From NCBI RefSeq assembly GCF_013167455.1, contig NZ_CP038328.1: DNA of 64,000 nucleotides; one strand, given 5' to 3'. Under the pieces are notes generated by a model, which was not told where the DNA came from, did not search any database, and saw nothing but the letters and a program-made list of their open reading frames with translations. Position 1 is the first letter of the stretch; every line of letters begins with the position of its first letter. The stretch comes from Escherichia coli O157:H7. GTDB lineage: Bacteria > Pseudomonadota > Gammaproteobacteria > Enterobacterales > Enterobacteriaceae. Made by a program: the position numbers and the translations under genes. Below, in pieces: positions 12,838-24,729 of this stretch.

Positions 12838-13890
12838 TTACCCGCGACGCGCTTTCACTGCGTTCGCCAGTTGACGTAACAGAGCATCGGTATCTTCCCA
12901 GCCAATGCAGGCATCGGTGATGCTCTTACCATAGGCCAGCGGCTCCCCGCTCTCCAGGCTCTGATTGCCTTCCACCAGATGACTTTCCACCATCACACCG
13001 ATAATGGCCTTTTCGCCACCGGCAATCTGCTGGCAAACGTCAGCACAAACATCCATCTGCTTTTTGAATTGTTTGGACGAATTAGCATGGCTGAAATCGA
13101 TCATCACCTGAGCTGGCAGACCTGCTTTGTTCAGCCCTTCTTTCACTTCAGCAACGTGCTTCGCGCTGTAGTTAGGCTCTTTACCGCCGCGCAGAATGAT
13201 ATGGCAATCGCCGTTACCGCTGGTATTCACAATCGCCGAATGCCCCCATTTAGTTACGGACAGGAAGCAGTGCGGCGCACCGGCGGCATTAATGGCATCG
13301 ATAGCCACTTTAATCGTACCGTCTGTGCCATTTTTAAAACCTACCGGACAAGAAAGACCAGACGCCAGTTCGCGGTGCACCTGCGATTCCGTGGTACGTG
13401 CACCAATTGCGCCCCAGCTCATCAGGTCAGCGAGATACTGAGGAGTGATCATATCGAGGAATTCACCCGCCGCTGGCAGACCGCTGTCGTTAATATCAAG
13501 CAGCAATTTACGGGCTATACGCAGACCGTCGTTGATCTGGAAGCTGTTATCCATATGCGGATCGTTAATCAGCCCTTTCCAGCCCACCGTAGTACGCGGC
13601 TTTTCAAAATAGACGCGCATTACGATTTCCAGCTCATCTTTCAGCTCTTCACGCAGCGCCAGCAAGCGAGTGGCATACTCTTTAGCCGCGACAGGATCAT
13701 GAATTGAGCACGGGCCAATCACCACCAACAGGCGATCATCATTACCTTTCAGGATCTTATGGATCGCTTTTCGGGCATGGGCAACCGTATTCGCGGCATT
13801 TTCAGTAGCGGGGAATTTTTCCAGCAATGCGACAGGAGGAAGTAACTCTTTGATTTCTTTGATGCGTAAATCGTCGTTCTGATAATTCAT
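12838..13890 (-). CDS. aroG: Phe-sensitive DAHP synthase
   Basis: 350 aa ORF MNYQNDDLRIKEIKELLPPVALLEKFPATENAANTVAHARKAIHKIL. Confidence 0.9.
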   Translation of the reverse strand: MNYQNDDLRIKEIKELLPPVALLEKFPATENAANTVAHARKAIHKILKGNDDRLLVVIGPCSIHDPVAAKEYATRLLALREELKDELEIVMRVYFEKPRTTVGWKGLINDPHMDNSFQINDGLRIARKLLLDINDSGLPAAGEFLDMITPQYLADLMSWGAIGARTTESQVHRELASGLSCPVGFKNGTDGTIKVAIDAINAAGAPHCFLSVTKWGHSAIVNTSGNGDCHIILRGGKEPNYSAKHVAEVKEGLNKAGLPAQVMIDFSHANSSKQFKKQMDVCADVCQQIAGGEKAIIGVMVESHLVEGNQSLESGEPLAYGKSITDACIGWEDTDALLRQLANAVKARRG

Positions 13891-13960
13891 GTCTGTTCCA
13901 GTGTTGCCATACTTATCTTAGTGAATGCAATACTTCCAATCTATATCTTCCGTCAGAATG

Positions 13961-13978
13961 TGTAAACGGGGTTTTACA
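13961..13978. promoter_or_regulatory. TyrR box upstream of aroG
   Basis: TGTAAACGGGGTTTTACA matches TGTAAA-N6-TTTACA, about 70 bp upstream of the aroG start. Confidence 0.6.
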
Positions 13979-14205
13979 CTATGAACGGATTAATCCTGGA
14001 ATTAGCAAGAAAAACGCCAGATTGTCGCGAAAAACGAGATCTCTCCTACAATTTCTAACTGTAACTCCTTTGTTTGTTAATTATTTCAAGATTCTCTGCT
14101 GGATTTCTTTGCCTGGCTGAAATCTTAAACCAATGCCTTATATTCACCTGCAAATGCACTGTTGGAAGAGGTTATCCGACATAACGACCATAACAGGAGC
14201 ATCCT

Positions 14206-14586
14206 ATGAAAATGACAAAACTGGCCACACTATTTCTGACTGCCACTCTAAGCCTTGCCAGCGGTGCCGCACTGGCTGCCGATAGCGGAGCGCAAACCAA
14301 TAACGGCCAGGCAAACGCCGCAGCTGATGCGGGCCAGGTAGCCCCTGACGCCCGTGAAAATGTCGCGCCAAATAACGTCGACAATAACGGGGTAAATACC
14401 GGTTCTGGCGGCACTATGCTGCATCCGGATGGTTCTTCAATGAACAATGACGGCATGACCAAAGATGAAGAGCACAAGAACACCATGTGCAAAGATGGTC
14501 GCTGCCCGGATATCAATAAAAAGGTACAAACCGGTGATGGCATCAATAATGATGTCGATACCAAAACCGACGGTACCACGCAGTAA
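14206..14586 (+). CDS. ybgS: secreted protein of unknown function YbgS
   Basis: 126 aa ORF with signal peptide and low-complexity N/G/D-rich body; conserved position. Confidence 0.8.
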   Translation: MKMTKLATLFLTATLSLASGAALAADSGAQTNNGQANAAADAGQVAPDARENVAPNNVDNNGVNTGSGGTMLHPDGSSMNNDGMTKDEEHKNTMCKDGRCPDINKKVQTGDGINNDVDTKTDGTTQ

Positions 14587-14607
14587 CCCTGCAAAATAGC
14601 CAATAAT

Positions 14608-14631
14608 GGGAGAGCGGAGTCTCTCCCTTTT
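14608..14631 (+). terminator. Rho-independent terminator of ybgS
   Basis: GGGAGAG-CGGAGT-CTCTCCC hairpin followed by TTTT. Confidence 0.55.
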
Positions 14632-14699
14632 AATTTTTCCCTTCTAAAAGCAGTATGATGTCATAAAGTTAAGTGAGAATAATTAAGGGATGACTCGTC

Positions 14700-15641
14700 A
14701 TGGCGCACTCACACTCACACACGTCCTCACACCTGCCAGAAGATAATAATGCTCGTCGCTTGTTGTATGCTTTCGGCGTGACTGCCGGGTTTATGCTGGT
14801 AGAAGTCATTGGTGGTTTTCTTTCCGGTTCTCTGGCTTTGCTGGCCGATGCGGGTCATATGTTGACCGATACTGCCGCCCTGCTTTTCGCCCTACTCGCC
14901 GTGCAATTTTCACGTCGTCCTCCCACCATTCGCCACACTTTCGGTTGGCTAAGATTGACCACGCTCGCGGCGTTTGTGAATGCCATCGCCCTCGTGGTAA
15001 TTACCATTTTGATTGTCTGGGAGGCGATAGAACGCTTCCGCACGCCGCGTCCGGTCGAGGGCGGCATGATGATGGCAATTGCCGTGGCTGGGTTGCTGGC
15101 AAATATACTTTCTTTCTGGTTACTTCATCACGGCAGCGAAGAGAAAAACCTCAACGTACGAGCAGCGGCACTGCATGTGCTCGGGGACCTGCTGGGTTCG
15201 GTTGGGGCTATTATTGCCGCGTTGATTATTATCTGGACCGGCTGGACACCTGCTGACCCCATTCTCTCGATACTGGTGTCGCTTCTGGTTCTGCGTAGCG
15301 CGTGGCGACTGTTGAAAGATAGCGTGAATGAATTACTTGAGGGTGCACCGGTATCGCTGGATATCGCTGAACTGAAGCGTCGTATGTGCCGGGAAATCCC
15401 GGAAGTCCGCAATGTGCACCATGTGCATGTATGGATGGTAGGCGAGAAGCCGGTGATGACGTTGCATGTGCAGGTGATCCCGCCACACGATCACGATGCC
15501 TTGTTGGATCAGATCCAACACTACCTGATGGATCACTATCAGATTGAGCACGCCACCATTCAGATGGAATATCAACCTTGTCATGGGCCAGACTGCCACC
15601 TGAATGAAGGGGTGTCTGGCCATTCACATCATCACCATTAA
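14700..15641 (+). CDS. zitB: zinc efflux transporter (cation diffusion facilitator)
   Basis: 313 aa ORF with His-rich N and C termini and CDF membrane core. Confidence 0.88.
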   Translation: MAHSHSHTSSHLPEDNNARRLLYAFGVTAGFMLVEVIGGFLSGSLALLADAGHMLTDTAALLFALLAVQFSRRPPTIRHTFGWLRLTTLAAFVNAIALVVITILIVWEAIERFRTPRPVEGGMMMAIAVAGLLANILSFWLLHHGSEEKNLNVRAAALHVLGDLLGSVGAIIAALIIIWTGWTPADPILSILVSLLVLRSAWRLLKDSVNELLEGAPVSLDIAELKRRMCREIPEVRNVHHVHVWMVGEKPVMTLHVQVIPPHDHDALLDQIQHYLMDHYQIEHATIQMEYQPCHGPDCHLNEGVSGHSHHHH

Positions 15642-16357
15642 TGGGACAGCGCGCGTGAGCCTCTTTCGCGTGCGCTATTGATCCACATCCGGCTGCCGTT
15701 GAGCGCAATAAAGGTCAGGATGATGTACTCCAGAGACATGGCGTAAACGCCCTGAAGTGCAAAAATAACGACGCTAATCACGTTAATAATCACCCACAAC
15801 AGCCAGTTTTCCACATACTTACGAGTCATCAGAATCATTGCCACGATAGATAACACCATCATGCAAGAATCCCAGAACGGGAAAGCGTCCGGTTGTAGTT
15901 CAGGCATCGCAACCTGTAATCCTAATGCTTGCATGATGATGACTGCCACGCGGGTCAAAAATGCAAACACCGGATTGATAAATACCGTCATCAGACCAAT
16001 CGAAACAACGCAAACCGCCAACCAGCTGAGTGCCTTCGGCAATGGCAACCAGCGAATTTTTAACTCCGCCTCGTTCTGACTGGTTTGTCGCGACCACGCA
16101 TACCAGCCGTAAATATTCGCGGCAAAGAAAAACACCTGTAATAGCAGGCTGGCATACAGCTGAATCTGAAAGAAAATAATGCCAAACAAGGTGACGTTGA
16201 TCAGGCCAAAGAAGTAGTTGCTGATCTTCTCCAGACTGGCAAGGCCAATACACAGCAACCCGGCGATTGTGCCTACCGCTTCGATCCATGAGAGATCATA
16301 ACCGCCTGCTCCTATTGGTATATGTACCAGGATATTCTGCACACTAAAAAAATCCAT
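15638..16357 (-). CDS. pnuC: nicotinamide riboside transporter
   Basis: 239 aa membrane ORF downstream of nadA on the same strand; 4-nt convergent overlap with zitB. Confidence 0.88.
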   Translation of the reverse strand: MDFFSVQNILVHIPIGAGGYDLSWIEAVGTIAGLLCIGLASLEKISNYFFGLINVTLFGIIFFQIQLYASLLLQVFFFAANIYGWYAWSRQTSQNEAELKIRWLPLPKALSWLAVCVVSIGLMTVFINPVFAFLTRVAVIIMQALGLQVAMPELQPDAFPFWDSCMMVLSIVAMILMTRKYVENWLLWVIINVISVVIFALQGVYAMSLEYIILTFIALNGSRMWINSARERGSRALSH

Positions 16358-16394
16358 CTTTCCCCCAAAGCGTAACGTTACGCCTTATTATTCG

Positions 16395-17438
16395 TTATCC
16401 ACGTAGTGTAGCCGCAAAATCCAGCATACGATTGAGCGGCACCAGCGCCCTCTCTCGCAGCCTTTCATCAACATGAACCTCGTAATTGCTTCCTTCCTGT
16501 TCTAATGCCTCAGCGATGGCCTGGAGGCCATTCATGGCCATCCACGGACAATGCGCGCAGCTGCGGCAGGTTGCGCCCTCACCCGCGGTTGGTGCTTCCA
16601 GTAACTCTTTATCTGGCACCGCCTGCTGCATTTTGTAGAAAATACCCCGATCGGTTGCCACAATAAGCCTCTGATGTGGCAATGTTTTCGCAGCAGCGAT
16701 CAGTTGACTGGTGGAACCGACCGCATCCGCCATATCGACAATAGCTTGTGGTGATTCTGGATGCACCAGTATGGCAGCATCCGGGTATTCTTCTTGCAAG
16801 CGGGTTAACGCCTGAGTCTTAAACTCATCATGCACAATGCAGGCACCCTGCCAGCATAAAATGTCTGCGCCCGTCTTTTTTTGCACGTAACGCCCCAGAT
16901 GTTTGTCGGGTGCCCAGATGATTTTTTCACCCAAACTATCCAGATGATCAATAAGTTCGACGGCAATGCTTGAAGTTACCACCCAATCTGCCCGCGCTTT
17001 TACCGCAGCAGAAGTGTTGGCGTAGACGACGACAGTACGATCGGGATGGGCATCGCAAAATGCGTTAAATTCTTCAACAGGGCAGCCGAGATCCAGTGAA
17101 CACTCAGCCTGAAGTGTCGGCATCAGAATTGTTTTTTCCGGACTGAGAATTTTGGCGGTTTCTCCCATAAATCTCACCCCAGCGACTAACAACGTAGAAG
17201 CGGGATGCTTTGCACCGAAGCGCGCCATTTCCAGAGAATCAGAAATACAGCCACCGGTTTCTTCTGCCAGTTGTTGAATTTCGGGATCGGTATAGTAGTG
17301 GGCAACCATCACCGCATTACGTTCTTTTAGCAGACGTTTTATCTTCTCGCGGTAATACGCTTTTTCATCAATGCTTAACGGCGTCGGCTTCGGGGGGAAA
17401 GGATAAATCGCCGTGTCTGGATCAAACATCACGCTCAT
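16395..17438 (-). CDS. nadA: quinolinate synthase A
   Basis: 347 aa [24 protein letters not shown] with conserved Cys residues for the Fe-S cluster. Confidence 0.9.
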   Translation of the reverse strand: MSVMFDPDTAIYPFPPKPTPLSIDEKAYYREKIKRLLKERNAVMVAHYYTDPEIQQLAEETGGCISDSLEMARFGAKHPASTLLVAGVRFMGETAKILSPEKTILMPTLQAECSLDLGCPVEEFNAFCDAHPDRTVVVYANTSAAVKARADWVVTSSIAVELIDHLDSLGEKIIWAPDKHLGRYVQKKTGADILCWQGACIVHDEFKTQALTRLQEEYPDAAILVHPESPQAIVDMADAVGSTSQLIAAAKTLPHQRLIVATDRGIFYKMQQAVPDKELLEAPTAGEGATCRSCAHCPWMAMNGLQAIAEALEQEGSNYEVHVDERLRERALVPLNRMLDFAATLRG

Positions 17439-17510
17439 CTTACCATCTCGTTTTACAGGCTTAACGTTAAAACCGACATTAGCGTGATATTCGCTGTTAT
17501 CGGTGTAATT

Positions 17511-17528
17511 TGTTTTATATGCTAAACA
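17511..17528. promoter_or_regulatory. NadR operator upstream of nadA
   Basis: Palindrome TGTTTTATATGCTAAACA (TGTTTA-N6-TAAACA type) about 75 bp upstream of nadA. Confidence 0.6.
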
Positions 17529-17684
17529 AGATAGTCGAATGGTGGGGAAAAGTCACTCGAATTACGTATGAGATGCCGAATGCCACACTTTGCGTCTTAT
17601 TCCTCCGACGTAAAGTTGTTTACGCAGCAAGCGCGGAGTATGTCATCAGGGTCAAGAATTGAAATTGAGAGATGCCTGAATAGC

Positions 17685-17712
17685 AAAAAAGCGCCTTTAG
17701 GGCGCTTTTTTA
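17685..17712 (-). terminator. Rho-independent terminator at the 3' end of the tRNA array
   Basis: AAGCGCCC-TAAA-GGGCGCTT hairpin followed by TTTTTT on the minus strand, just beyond the last tRNA-Lys. Confidence 0.65.
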
Positions 17713-17715
17713 CAT

Positions 17716-17791
17716 TGGTGGGTCGTGCAGGATTCGAACCTGCGACCAATTGATTAAAAGTCAACTGCTCTACCAACTGAGCTAACGACCC
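17716..17791 (-). tRNA. tRNA-Lys (UUU)
   Basis: 76 nt; reverse complement reads GGGTCGTTAGCTCAGTTGGTAGAGCAGTTGACTTTTAATCAATTGGTCGCAGGTTCGAATCCTGCACGACCCACCA. Confidence 0.95.
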
Positions 17792-17839
17792 ATACGGGTG
17801 TTACCTGAAAGATTTCTACTCGGAACCAATCTTTAAAAT

Positions 17840-17856
17840 TGGTGGGTCGTGCAGGA
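17840..17856 (-). pseudogene. tRNA-Lys 3'-end fragment (17 nt remnant)
   Basis: TGGTGGGTCGTGCAGGA is identical to the 3' end (including CCA) of the intact tRNA-Lys copies, then diverges; upstream context TTAAAATTGG also matches a spacer. Confidence 0.6.
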
Positions 17857-17937
17857 TGACTCGCTTCGCTTGCCCTACGGGCCGTTGCTGACGCAACGTT
17901 ATCCTTCACGCTTAACATCTGAGTTTGATGTTAAAAT

Positions 17938-18013
17938 TGGTGGGTCGTGCAGGATTCGAACCTGCGACCAATTGATTAAAAGTCAACTGCTCTACCAACT
18001 GAGCTAACGACCC
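17938..18013 (-). tRNA. tRNA-Lys (UUU)
   Basis: 76 nt, identical to the copy at 17716-17791. Confidence 0.95.
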
Positions 18014-18016
18014 GAG

Positions 18017-18092
18017 TGGTGGGTGATGACGGGATCGAACCGCCGACCCCCTCCTTGTAAGGGAGGTGCTCTCCCAGCTGAGCTAATCACCC
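18017..18092 (-). tRNA. tRNA-Val (UAC)
   Basis: 76 nt; reverse complement reads GGGTGATTAGCTCAGCTGGGAGAGCACCTCCCTTACAAGGAGGGGGTCGGCGGTTCGATCCCGTCATCACCCACCA. Confidence 0.95.
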
Positions 18093-18143
18093 GATACTGC
18101 GCTGGATACTACAAACTACTTCCACCGAACCCACCGTAATTAG

Positions 18144-18219
18144 TGGTGGGTCGTGCAGGATTCGAACCTGCGACCAATTGATTAAAAGTCAACTGCTCTA
18201 CCAACTGAGCTAACGACCC
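18144..18219 (-). tRNA. tRNA-Lys (UUU)
   Basis: 76 nt, identical to the other tRNA-Lys copies. Confidence 0.95.
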
Positions 18220-18221
18220 GG

Positions 18222-18297
18222 TGGTGGGTGATGACGGGATCGAACCGCCGCCCCCCTCCTTGTAAGGGAGGTGCTCTCCCAGCTGAGCTAATCACCC
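18222..18297 (-). tRNA. tRNA-Val (UAC), one-base variant
   Basis: 76 nt; differs from the copy at 18017-18092 by one base in the variable-loop region (GCCCCCC versus GACCCCC on the plus strand). Confidence 0.9.
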
Positions 18298-18332
18298 GAT
18301 ATTACGCTGGATACTACAACTAACTAGGTTAG

Positions 18333-18408
18333 TGGTGGGTCGTGCAGGATTCGAACCTGCGACCAATTGATTAAAAGTCAACTGCTCTACCAACTGAGCT
18401 AACGACCC
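18333..18408 (-). tRNA. tRNA-Lys (UUU)
   Basis: 76 nt, identical to the other tRNA-Lys copies; first gene of the array (promoter lies at higher coordinates). Confidence 0.95.
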
Positions 18409-18572
18409 ACTTTTTCGTTGCTTTCGGTTTGTTTGATATCCCGTGGCAACGGCGGCATATATTACTGATTTCAGACTTGAGCGCAACAAAAATTTCGATG
18501 TAGATCACTCAACTGCTTATGATTCGCACGACACGACCAGAAATAATGCGACTTCTGGTCGTGTGTTATGCA

Positions 18573-19364
18573 TTACATCGCGTTCAGACGTTTTTGTGCC
18601 TGTTTAGCGCCATCAGTACCAGGGTATTTACTGATAACCTGCTGGTATACGGCTTTCGCTTTTGCGGTGTCACCTTTGTCCTGCATGATGACGCCGACTT
18701 TAAACATCGCATCTGCAGCCTTTGGTGACTTCGGATAGTTTTTCACTACCGAAGCAAAATAGTACGCCGCATCATCTTTTTTACCCTTGTTGTAGTTTAA
18801 CTGACCCAGCCAATAATTGGCGTTTGGCAGGTAAGTTGAATCAGGGTAATTTTTGATGAAATTCTGAAATGCCACCATTGCGTCATCCTGGCGGGATTTA
18901 TCCTGCACCAGCGCAATAGCTGCATTGTAATCCGTGTTTGCATCACCGCTTTTCACCGGCGCGCCAGCATTCGCAGTACCAGCATCAGCTGTCGGCGTCG
19001 TTGATGCCGCCGCACCGCTTTGATCACCGCTGGTTGATTGCGCCGCTGCACCACCGCTGCTGAGGCTGTCGATCTGCAACAGGATCTGCTTTTGCCGCTC
19101 CACGACCTGATTCAGTTGATACTGATTTTCCTGAATCTGACCACGCAGGGAATCAATATCGGATTGATTATCAGAGAGTTGTTGCTGGAGTTGGGTTAAA
19201 AGCTGGCTGTGAGCATTAGAAATACGCTCAAGTTGAATGACGCGGTCTTCGACCGAGCCTGAGCCGACACTACTGATTGGTGCCTGAGCAAAAGCGGCCC
19301 AGGGGGCCGCTATACCAACCAGTAACGACAGACTCAATAGTTGATGTCTGAAGTTACTGCTCAT
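18573..19364 (-). CDS. cpoB: cell-division coordinator CpoB (YbgF), TPR protein
   Basis: 263 aa ORF with signal peptide, coiled-coil and C-terminal TPR repeats; last gene of the tol-pal cluster. Confidence 0.88.
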   Translation of the reverse strand: MSSNFRHQLLSLSLLVGIAAPWAAFAQAPISSVGSGSVEDRVIQLERISNAHSQLLTQLQQQLSDNQSDIDSLRGQIQENQYQLNQVVERQKQILLQIDSLSSGGAAAQSTSGDQSGAAASTTPTADAGTANAGAPVKSGDANTDYNAAIALVQDKSRQDDAMVAFQNFIKNYPDSTYLPNANYWLGQLNYNKGKKDDAAYYFASVVKNYPKSPKAADAMFKVGVIMQDKGDTAKAKAVYQQVISKYPGTDGAKQAQKRLNAM

Positions 19365-19373
19365 GCAATTCTC

Positions 19374-19919
<546 letters not shown>

Positions 19920-19929
19920 TTAATTATTA

Positions 19930-21222
19930 TCACAGATACGGCGACCAGGCAGGGAATTTGACCTGTCCATCAGTTGCCGGAAGACGCGCTTTGAAACGCC
20001 CATCTGTAGAAACCAAATTCAGCACGGATCCCATCCCCTGAGAAGAGCTGTAGATTACCATAGTGCCGTTAGGTGCCAGACTTGGCGTTTCATCCAGGAA
20101 CGTGGACGACAGAACTTGTACGCCTCCCGTTGCCAGATCTTGTTTGGCAATGTGCTGCTGCCCACCATTGGAGCTGACCATTACCATAAATTTACCGTCG
20201 CTGCTGACATCCGCATCCTGGTTCTGCGAACCTTCCCAGGTAATACGTTGTGGCGCACCGCCGTTGATATTCACTTTATAAACCTGTGGACGACCGGCCT
20301 GGTCAGAAGTAAATGCCAGGTTCTGGCTGTCCGGGAACCAGGTCGGTTCGGTATTGTTACTGCGACCATCAGTCACCTGGCGGATCTGACCAGAAGCCAA
20401 ATCCATTACGTACAGGTTCAGGCTACCGGTTTTCGACAAGGCGAATGCCAGTTTGCTGCCGTCTGGCGAGAATGCAGGCGCACCGTTGTGACGCGGGAAT
20501 GAAGCCACCTGACGTACAGCGCCGTTTGCCAGCGTTTGTATAACCAGCGCGGAACGACCGCTTTCGAAGGTCACATAAGCCAGTTTAGAACCGTCTGGTG
20601 ACCACGCCGGGGACATCAGCGGCTGTGGTGAACGGTGAACGACAAACTGGTTGTAACCGTCATAGTCAGATACGCGCAGTTCATACGGGAACTGACCGCC
20701 GTTGGTCTGAACAACGTAGGCAATACGGGTACGGAACGCACCTTTAATACCGGTCAGTTTTTCAAACACTTCATCACTGGCGGTATGACCAGCATAACGC
20801 AGCCACTGCTTGTTCACTTTGTACGAGTTCTGAGCAAGTACAGTACCCGGTGCGCCGCCAGTGTCAACAAGTTGATAAGCAACATTGTAAGAACCATCCG
20901 GATTCGGAGTGACCTGACCGACAACTACAGCGTCAATACCCAGCGCGGACCATGCAGCTGGTTGTACTTCCTGCGCACTACCCGGCTGCTGTGGCAGACG
21001 AGCGCGATCTAACGGATTAAATTTACCGCTGTTACGCAAGTCGGCAGCAACGATGCCGCCAATATCTTCAGGTGCCGCACCAGGGCCCGCCCACTGGAAA
21101 GGAACAACTCCAATAGGACGACCGGAATCTACACCGCTGTCGATCACAATGCGGACTTCAGCATGCAGAACTGATGCCCACAGTATGAGAAAACCAAATG
21201 CTACTCGTAATGCCTGCTTCAT
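19930..21222 (-). CDS. tolB: Tol-Pal system periplasmic protein TolB
   Basis: 430 aa from the second in-frame ATG ([21 protein letters not shown]); beta-propeller protein. Confidence 0.9.
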   Translation of the reverse strand: MKQALRVAFGFLILWASVLHAEVRIVIDSGVDSGRPIGVVPFQWAGPGAAPEDIGGIVAADLRNSGKFNPLDRARLPQQPGSAQEVQPAAWSALGIDAVVVGQVTPNPDGSYNVAYQLVDTGGAPGTVLAQNSYKVNKQWLRYAGHTASDEVFEKLTGIKGAFRTRIAYVVQTNGGQFPYELRVSDYDGYNQFVVHRSPQPLMSPAWSPDGSKLAYVTFESGRSALVIQTLANGAVRQVASFPRHNGAPAFSPDGSKLAFALSKTGSLNLYVMDLASGQIRQVTDGRSNNTEPTWFPDSQNLAFTSDQAGRPQVYKVNINGGAPQRITWEGSQNQDADVSSDGKFMVMVSSNGGQQHIAKQDLATGGVQVLSSTFLDETPSLAPNGTMVIYSSSQGMGSVLNLVSTDGRFKARLPATDGQVKFPAWSPYL

Positions 21223-21354
21223 CATATCTCCCTTATCTGGACCGATGGCCCACGATAATTTAGCAGAATGTTAACAAACTAAAATACACAAAACTACCAG
21301 AACCCCGTGGCAACCGGTGCCTGATGTTGACCGTCGGAACAGTCAACATCGCGA

Positions 21355-22569
21355 TTACGGTTTGAAGTCCAATGGCGCGTTTTTGAACACTTCATATACT
21401 GCCTGGCTTGGTGGTTTCGGGATCTTCGCAAGTTTAGCTGCTGCCAACGCAGCCTGACAAAGTGCGGGATCGCCACCTTCAGGTTTGATATCCAGTAACA
21501 TACCATCGGGTGCCAGTTTTATGCGCAGCGTACAGGTTTTGCCTGCATAGGACGATGCGTCATAGAACTTACTTTCGATAGCAGATTTAATCTGCCCGGC
21601 ATAGTTATTGATATCGGCCCCTGATGCGCCATTGTTTTTAGTATTACCACTCCCGGCAGGCGAAGCATTGTTCCCTTTCGCCCCTCCCCCCGTTTTCGGT
21701 GCATTCTTACCAGAGCTTAGCTCACCGAAAATATCATCTGCCTCCGCGGCAGCTTTTGCTGCAGCGGCTTTTTCAGCTGCTGCTTTTGCAGCTGCCGCTT
21801 TTTTGTCTGCGGCGGCTTTTTCTGCCGCTGCTTTCTTATCAGCTGCTGCCTTTTCAGCAGCCGCTTTTTCTGCTGCTTTTTTGTCGGCTGCAGCTTTCTC
21901 TGCTGCTTTTTTGTCGGCTGCAGCTTTCTCTGCTGCCGCTTTCTTTCTTGCTTCAGCTGCAGCTGCTTCTGCCGCTTCCGCTTTCTTCTTCAGCGCCGCA
22001 GCTGCTGCCTCGGCTTTTTTCTGCGCTTCGGCTGCGGCTTTGGCGGCTTCTGCTTCTGCTTTTTTCTTCGCGTCTGCAGCCGCTTTCTTCGCTGCTTCTT
22101 CCGCAGCTTTATCATCCGCTTCGGCCTTCGCTTTAGCATCTGCCGCCGCTTTCGCTGCCGCCTCTTCCGCTTGCTTCTGCTTTAACTCGGCCTGTTTTGC
22201 GGCTTCTTCAGCCTGCTTTTTCTGTTCCTGAGCAGCTAACCGCTCTTTCTCAAGTTGCTTCAGGCGTTCCTGTTCAGCCGCTTGTTTCTCACGCAGTTCT
22301 TCAGCAGCCTGCTGTTCCTTCATCTTGCGCTGCTCATCAGAACGCTTCGCGCTTGATTCCTGGCTTTGCATGCGTTTGTACTGCTCAACTACCGCACCTG
22401 AATCAACCATGACAGCGTCGATGGACGAACCACCGCCGCCTCCAGCTGAAGCTTCTATATTCTCATCGAACGAACTCCAGATCAGCGCCGCAAATAAGAT
22501 GACATGCAGCACTGCTGAAATAATTATCGCCCGCTTGAGCTTGTCGTTTTGTTCGGTTGCCTTTGACAC
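21355..22569 (-). CDS. tolA: Tol-Pal system protein TolA
   Basis: 404 aa ORF; N-terminal TM anchor, long Ala/Lys/Glu-rich helical domain II, C-terminal domain III. From memory K-12 TolA is 421 aa. Confidence 0.88.
   Translation of the reverse strand: MSKATEQNDKLKRAIIISAVLHVILFAALIWSSFDENIEASAGGGGGSSIDAVMVDSGAVVEQYKRMQSQESSAKRSDEQRKMKEQQAAEELREKQAAEQERLKQLEKERLAAQEQKKQAEEAAKQAELKQKQAEEAAAKAAADAKAKAEADDKAAEEAAKKAAADAKKKAEAEAAKAAAEAQKKAEAAAAALKKKAEAAEAAAAEARKKAAAEKAAADKKAAEKAAADKKAAEKAAAEKAAADKKAAAEKAAADKKAAAAKAAAEKAAAAKAAAEADDIFGELSSGKNAPKTGGGAKGNNASPAGSGNTKNNGASGADINNYAGQIKSAIESKFYDASSYAGKTCTLRIKLAPDGMLLDIKPEGGDPALCQAALAAAKLAKIPKPPSQAVYEVFKNAPLDFKP
21871..21930. repeat. Exact 30-bp tandem duplication within tolA domain II
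   Basis: TGCTGCTTTTTTGTCGGCTGCAGCTTTCTC occurs twice consecutively (21871-21900 and 21901-21930), inside a larger degenerate Ala/Lys repeat region. Confidence 0.85.
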
Positions 22570-22633
22570 TCTCGGTTTCCAAAAACTGTTCGCCTGTTAC
22601 CCGCTCTCTTTCAAGCAAGGGAAACGCAGATGT

Positions 22634-23062
22634 TTAGATAGGCTGCGTCATTAAACCAACCGATTTCACACCCGCACTATGTAACAAGTTCAGTGCTTTA
22701 ATTATTTCATCGTAAGGCACATCTTTTGCGCCACCGATCAGAAAGACCGTTTTCGGGTTGGCCTTGAAACGGCTGGACACTTCCGCCACCACCTGCTCTG
22801 GTGGTAAACGCTCCAGGCGATCTTTCTCAACCACCACGGTGTACTGACCAATACCAGACACTTCAACAATCACTGGCGGATTATCGTTACTGCTCACCGC
22901 CTGTGATTCAGTAGCGTCTGGCAAATCGACCTCCACGCTCTGGGTGATGATGGGCGCTGTCGCCATAAAGATCAGCAACAGCACCAGCAGTACGTCCAGC
23001 AACGGTACAATGTTGATTTCGGACTTGAGATCGCGACGACCTCGTCCACGCGCTCTGGCCAT
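22634..23062 (-). CDS. tolR: Tol-Pal system protein TolR
   Basis: 142 aa ORF, ExbD/TolR family. Confidence 0.9.
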   Translation of the reverse strand: MARARGRGRRDLKSEINIVPLLDVLLVLLLIFMATAPIITQSVEVDLPDATESQAVSSNDNPPVIVEVSGIGQYTVVVEKDRLERLPPEQVVAEVSSRFKANPKTVFLIGGAKDVPYDEIIKALNLLHSAGVKSVGLMTQPI

Positions 23063-23065
23063 GGC

Positions 23066-24159
<1,094 letters not shown>

Positions 24160-24308
24160 TTTACATCCCGGTAATGCAACAAAAGTTAGAGCTTTTAAAC
24201 GCTGCTACTATACGCGCGCGATTGAGGTTTGGGAATGAGGGCAAGTTAAGGGAGCGTAAAAATTTATGGGCCTGGCACGGCCCATAATTTTTTAAAGAGA
24301 ATTCTGAT

Positions 24309-24602
24309 TTAAAAGAAGAAGAAAATCAGCCCGACAATGAGAACAATATCGGCAAGCAATGGGCAAAAAATCCCTTGCCAAAGAACCTTCTGCGGACGAA
24401 AGCCCACGCCGTGAATCACACCAGCACAGACGGCCCACATCAGCAATAAACCATGCCAGATTTCCAGTTCACTGGTCTTCGCGGCGAAACGAGATGGGTC
24501 CCAAAACATACATCCTGCTAACAGAAGCGCCATCACGAAGGAAAGCGCCCGCAGGGGGCGCTTGTCCATTACCGCATACAAGGTTGCGATAATCTTACTC
24601 AT
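24309..24602 (-). CDS. ybgE: cyd operon protein YbgE
   Basis: 97 aa hydrophobic ORF immediately downstream of cydX. Confidence 0.8.
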   Translation of the reverse strand: MSKIIATLYAVMDKRPLRALSFVMALLLAGCMFWDPSRFAAKTSELEIWHGLLLMWAVCAGVIHGVGFRPQKVLWQGIFCPLLADIVLIVGLIFFFF

Positions 24603-24715
24603 CAGATGTCTTCTTGACCGGCTTTGCCTGATTCGACGTGCTCAAGCGCCAGCGCGGTGATTACCCCAAACGAACAGGCAAGAAGCGTTCCCAGAATCCA
24701 TGCGAAATACCACAT
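24602..24715 (-). CDS. cydX: cytochrome bd-I accessory subunit CydX
   Basis: 37-aa ORF translating to MWYFAWILGTLLACSFGVITALALEHVESGKAGQEDI; below the ORF-track size threshold. Confidence 0.8.
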   Translation of the reverse strand: MWYFAWILGTLLACSFGVITALALEHVESGKAGQEDI

Positions 24716-24729
24716 TTTTAGCTCCTTAC

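Noticed and set aside
12979-13707. 242-aa plus-strand ORF
   Set aside because: Antisense to aroG.
17568-17753. 61-aa plus-strand ORF between nadA and the tRNA array
   Set aside because: Overlaps the tRNA operon terminator and the first tRNA-Lys gene; no coding support.
17700-18420. Possible CRISPR array suggested by regularly spaced identical ~76-bp repeats
   Set aside because: The repeats are intact tRNA-Lys/tRNA-Val genes with cloverleaf sequences; no cas genes nearby.
21608-22231. 207-aa and 145-aa plus-strand ORFs rich in Ala/Phe/Leu
   Set aside because: Antisense to the repetitive Ala/Lys-coding region of tolA; a consequence of the repeat, not a gene.
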